A DNA stretch of 64,000 bases, taken from Oopsacas minuta. Its lineage: Eukaryota > Animalia > Porifera. The first letter of the stretch is position 1, and every line of letters starts with the position of its first letter. Under the pieces are notes generated by a model. The model was not told where the DNA came from, searched no databases, and worked only from the letters and a program-made list of their open reading frames with translations. This document shows positions 62,421-64,000 of this stretch, piece by piece. The stretch spans positions 102,706 through 166,705 of the forward strand of contig JAKMXF010000363.1 of the NCBI GenBank assembly GCA_024704765.1, in the 5' to 3' direction. The position numbers and the translations under genes were made by a program.

Positions 62421-64000
62421 AAAATGATAAACCAAATGAATGACGAGCCTTGCATTAGGTAACAGTGATATTCGCCTAATAGCAAGTTCATACATTAGTG
62501 AGGGAAATGTCCACATACGACTTGCTAATAGGTGAAGTCCACAGTACATAAGCTTCCCCTTCTAAACGGGAGAACAGGAGAGTTCGCTATTAGTTACTAT
62601 CCTTTACCTCCTGGAAACTTGCTAAATAATGGCGAACACTCCTGTAGATCAATACAACGAAGTTACTCATTGAAATGTGGGCGAATGTGCACGTGCGTCA
62701 ATTGCAGACTCACTTTTATAATCACAATCCTCCAGTATACACCATCTGATAAAATCAAACTTGACAAAATCTCACTCATTTCGTAATACACAATTGACTA
62801 ATTCTGTAATATAATATTGAATTGTATACAAACTGAAATAACATACTATCCCCAATCAAAGATCACTTATATACCTATACAAGGCTAATGAGCTCTTTAC
62901 TATTGAACATTTGGTCAATCATATATTATTAGCGATAATTAATGGAATTTTGGCCCAAAATACTAATTCCAATTAATTAATATTAGTATAAACTTACCAA
63001 AAGCATTCATCTGTAAGTGTGTATTTGATATAAATATTCTAATATTAAAGAAATAGATTTCCAAGTAAGATTAATTATCGAGATATTAAAAAGTACCTGG
63101 CGCATGCGCTAATATATTAAATAGTGGGGTGTAGAGTATAATATTCGTAGTATCAATCTAGATATAACATTCATTTATTTTAGCAAACCATAAAACATAT
63201 CTTTGAAATTTTTGAAATTTTGTTATTTAGTAAACCATAACATTAAATTTCGAATTTTGTATAAGAATAACCTTACTCAGTTTGGCAGTGCCAAATACTC
63301 AATTTGGACGGTAACCTACACAAGCTAGAGTATCAACAACATCCCACGGCCCACCAAGCTCATTTATTCTCTAAATCGATTTCAATCATTGGACGAAAAG
63401 AACCCAATTTATATTAAAGAAAATAAAAGTGGATGAAAAGAATATTGATTATTATAAAAATTAAATAAAACTAAAAACTAAACTAAATAAAACTAACACT
63501 AAATAATTCTTCTAAGAGCTAGTATACCTAAAAGTGAAAGAACAATGTTAAAGAAGGTAGAAAGAGAAATACATATAGAAATGAACAGAATTGGAGGAAT
63601 TCAGATCTAAATTCCTCTGCATACTTGCCAACTCCTTACAATATGTTTTCCTGTGTAAATTGTCAAAATCTTTGTATTTCACATTGCTTCCTAGAATTGA
63701 TATCCAAATCAATTATTTCGAATTTATGGCTCATTATATAACTATTAAAACTCTAAATAATCGTGTAATTCACACTAGGATTTGAAGAAATATCCATGGC
63801 TAATCCAGGATCCCAAAAGGGTTGACAAGTATTCTTTGTATATTTATCCTATTGTATTTCCTGAATGAAGCAAGCGTGCTACATCAAGCAGTTGCTCAGT
63901 AAGATAATAATTACCTATGCCATAATTGGCCGTGCAATAATCTATTGAGTAAGATTTCACATTTAAAATGTGTAAACTAATTAGCACAAACTCAAAGAGA

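Noticed and set aside
62440-62500. GEYHC Ig-like motif upstream of the TM exon
   Set aside because: It lies in probable intron sequence and is out of frame with the neighbouring exon candidates.

Overview
AT-rich animal genomic DNA with very short introns. The style fits a compact invertebrate genome such as a sponge, but the host cannot be proven from the sequence. Bases ~1-40,000 are a graveyard of DNA transposons: Tc1/mariner elements of four catalytic-spacing classes (DD37E, DD37D, DD34D, and one intact DD41D ORF), Buster- and DUF659-type hATs, Merlin, Ginger2/KRBA2-like integrase relics, an L2-type LINE, many MITEs and one assembly gap. The stand-out is a complete 3.1-kb RAG1-like (Transib/RAG superfamily) transposon at 19073-22178. 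Its ends are the exact V(D)J heptamer CACAGTG, it has a perfect 5-bp TSD (CGCTG), asymmetric bipartite TIRs and a decayed but full RAG1-core transposase, and it is nested in a mariner. Bases ~41,000-64,000 are a compact gene cluster: a TBK1/IKK-like kinase C-lobe spliced in frame to a miniature RB1CC1/FIP200, liprin-alpha, an SMKR1-like gene, a short Crumbs-like EGF-TM gene, a PCM1-like gene, an Ig I-set fragment, and a cyclin Y with a long, internally duplicated N-terminal extension. All homology calls come from my own manual translation and motif recall, not from database searches.
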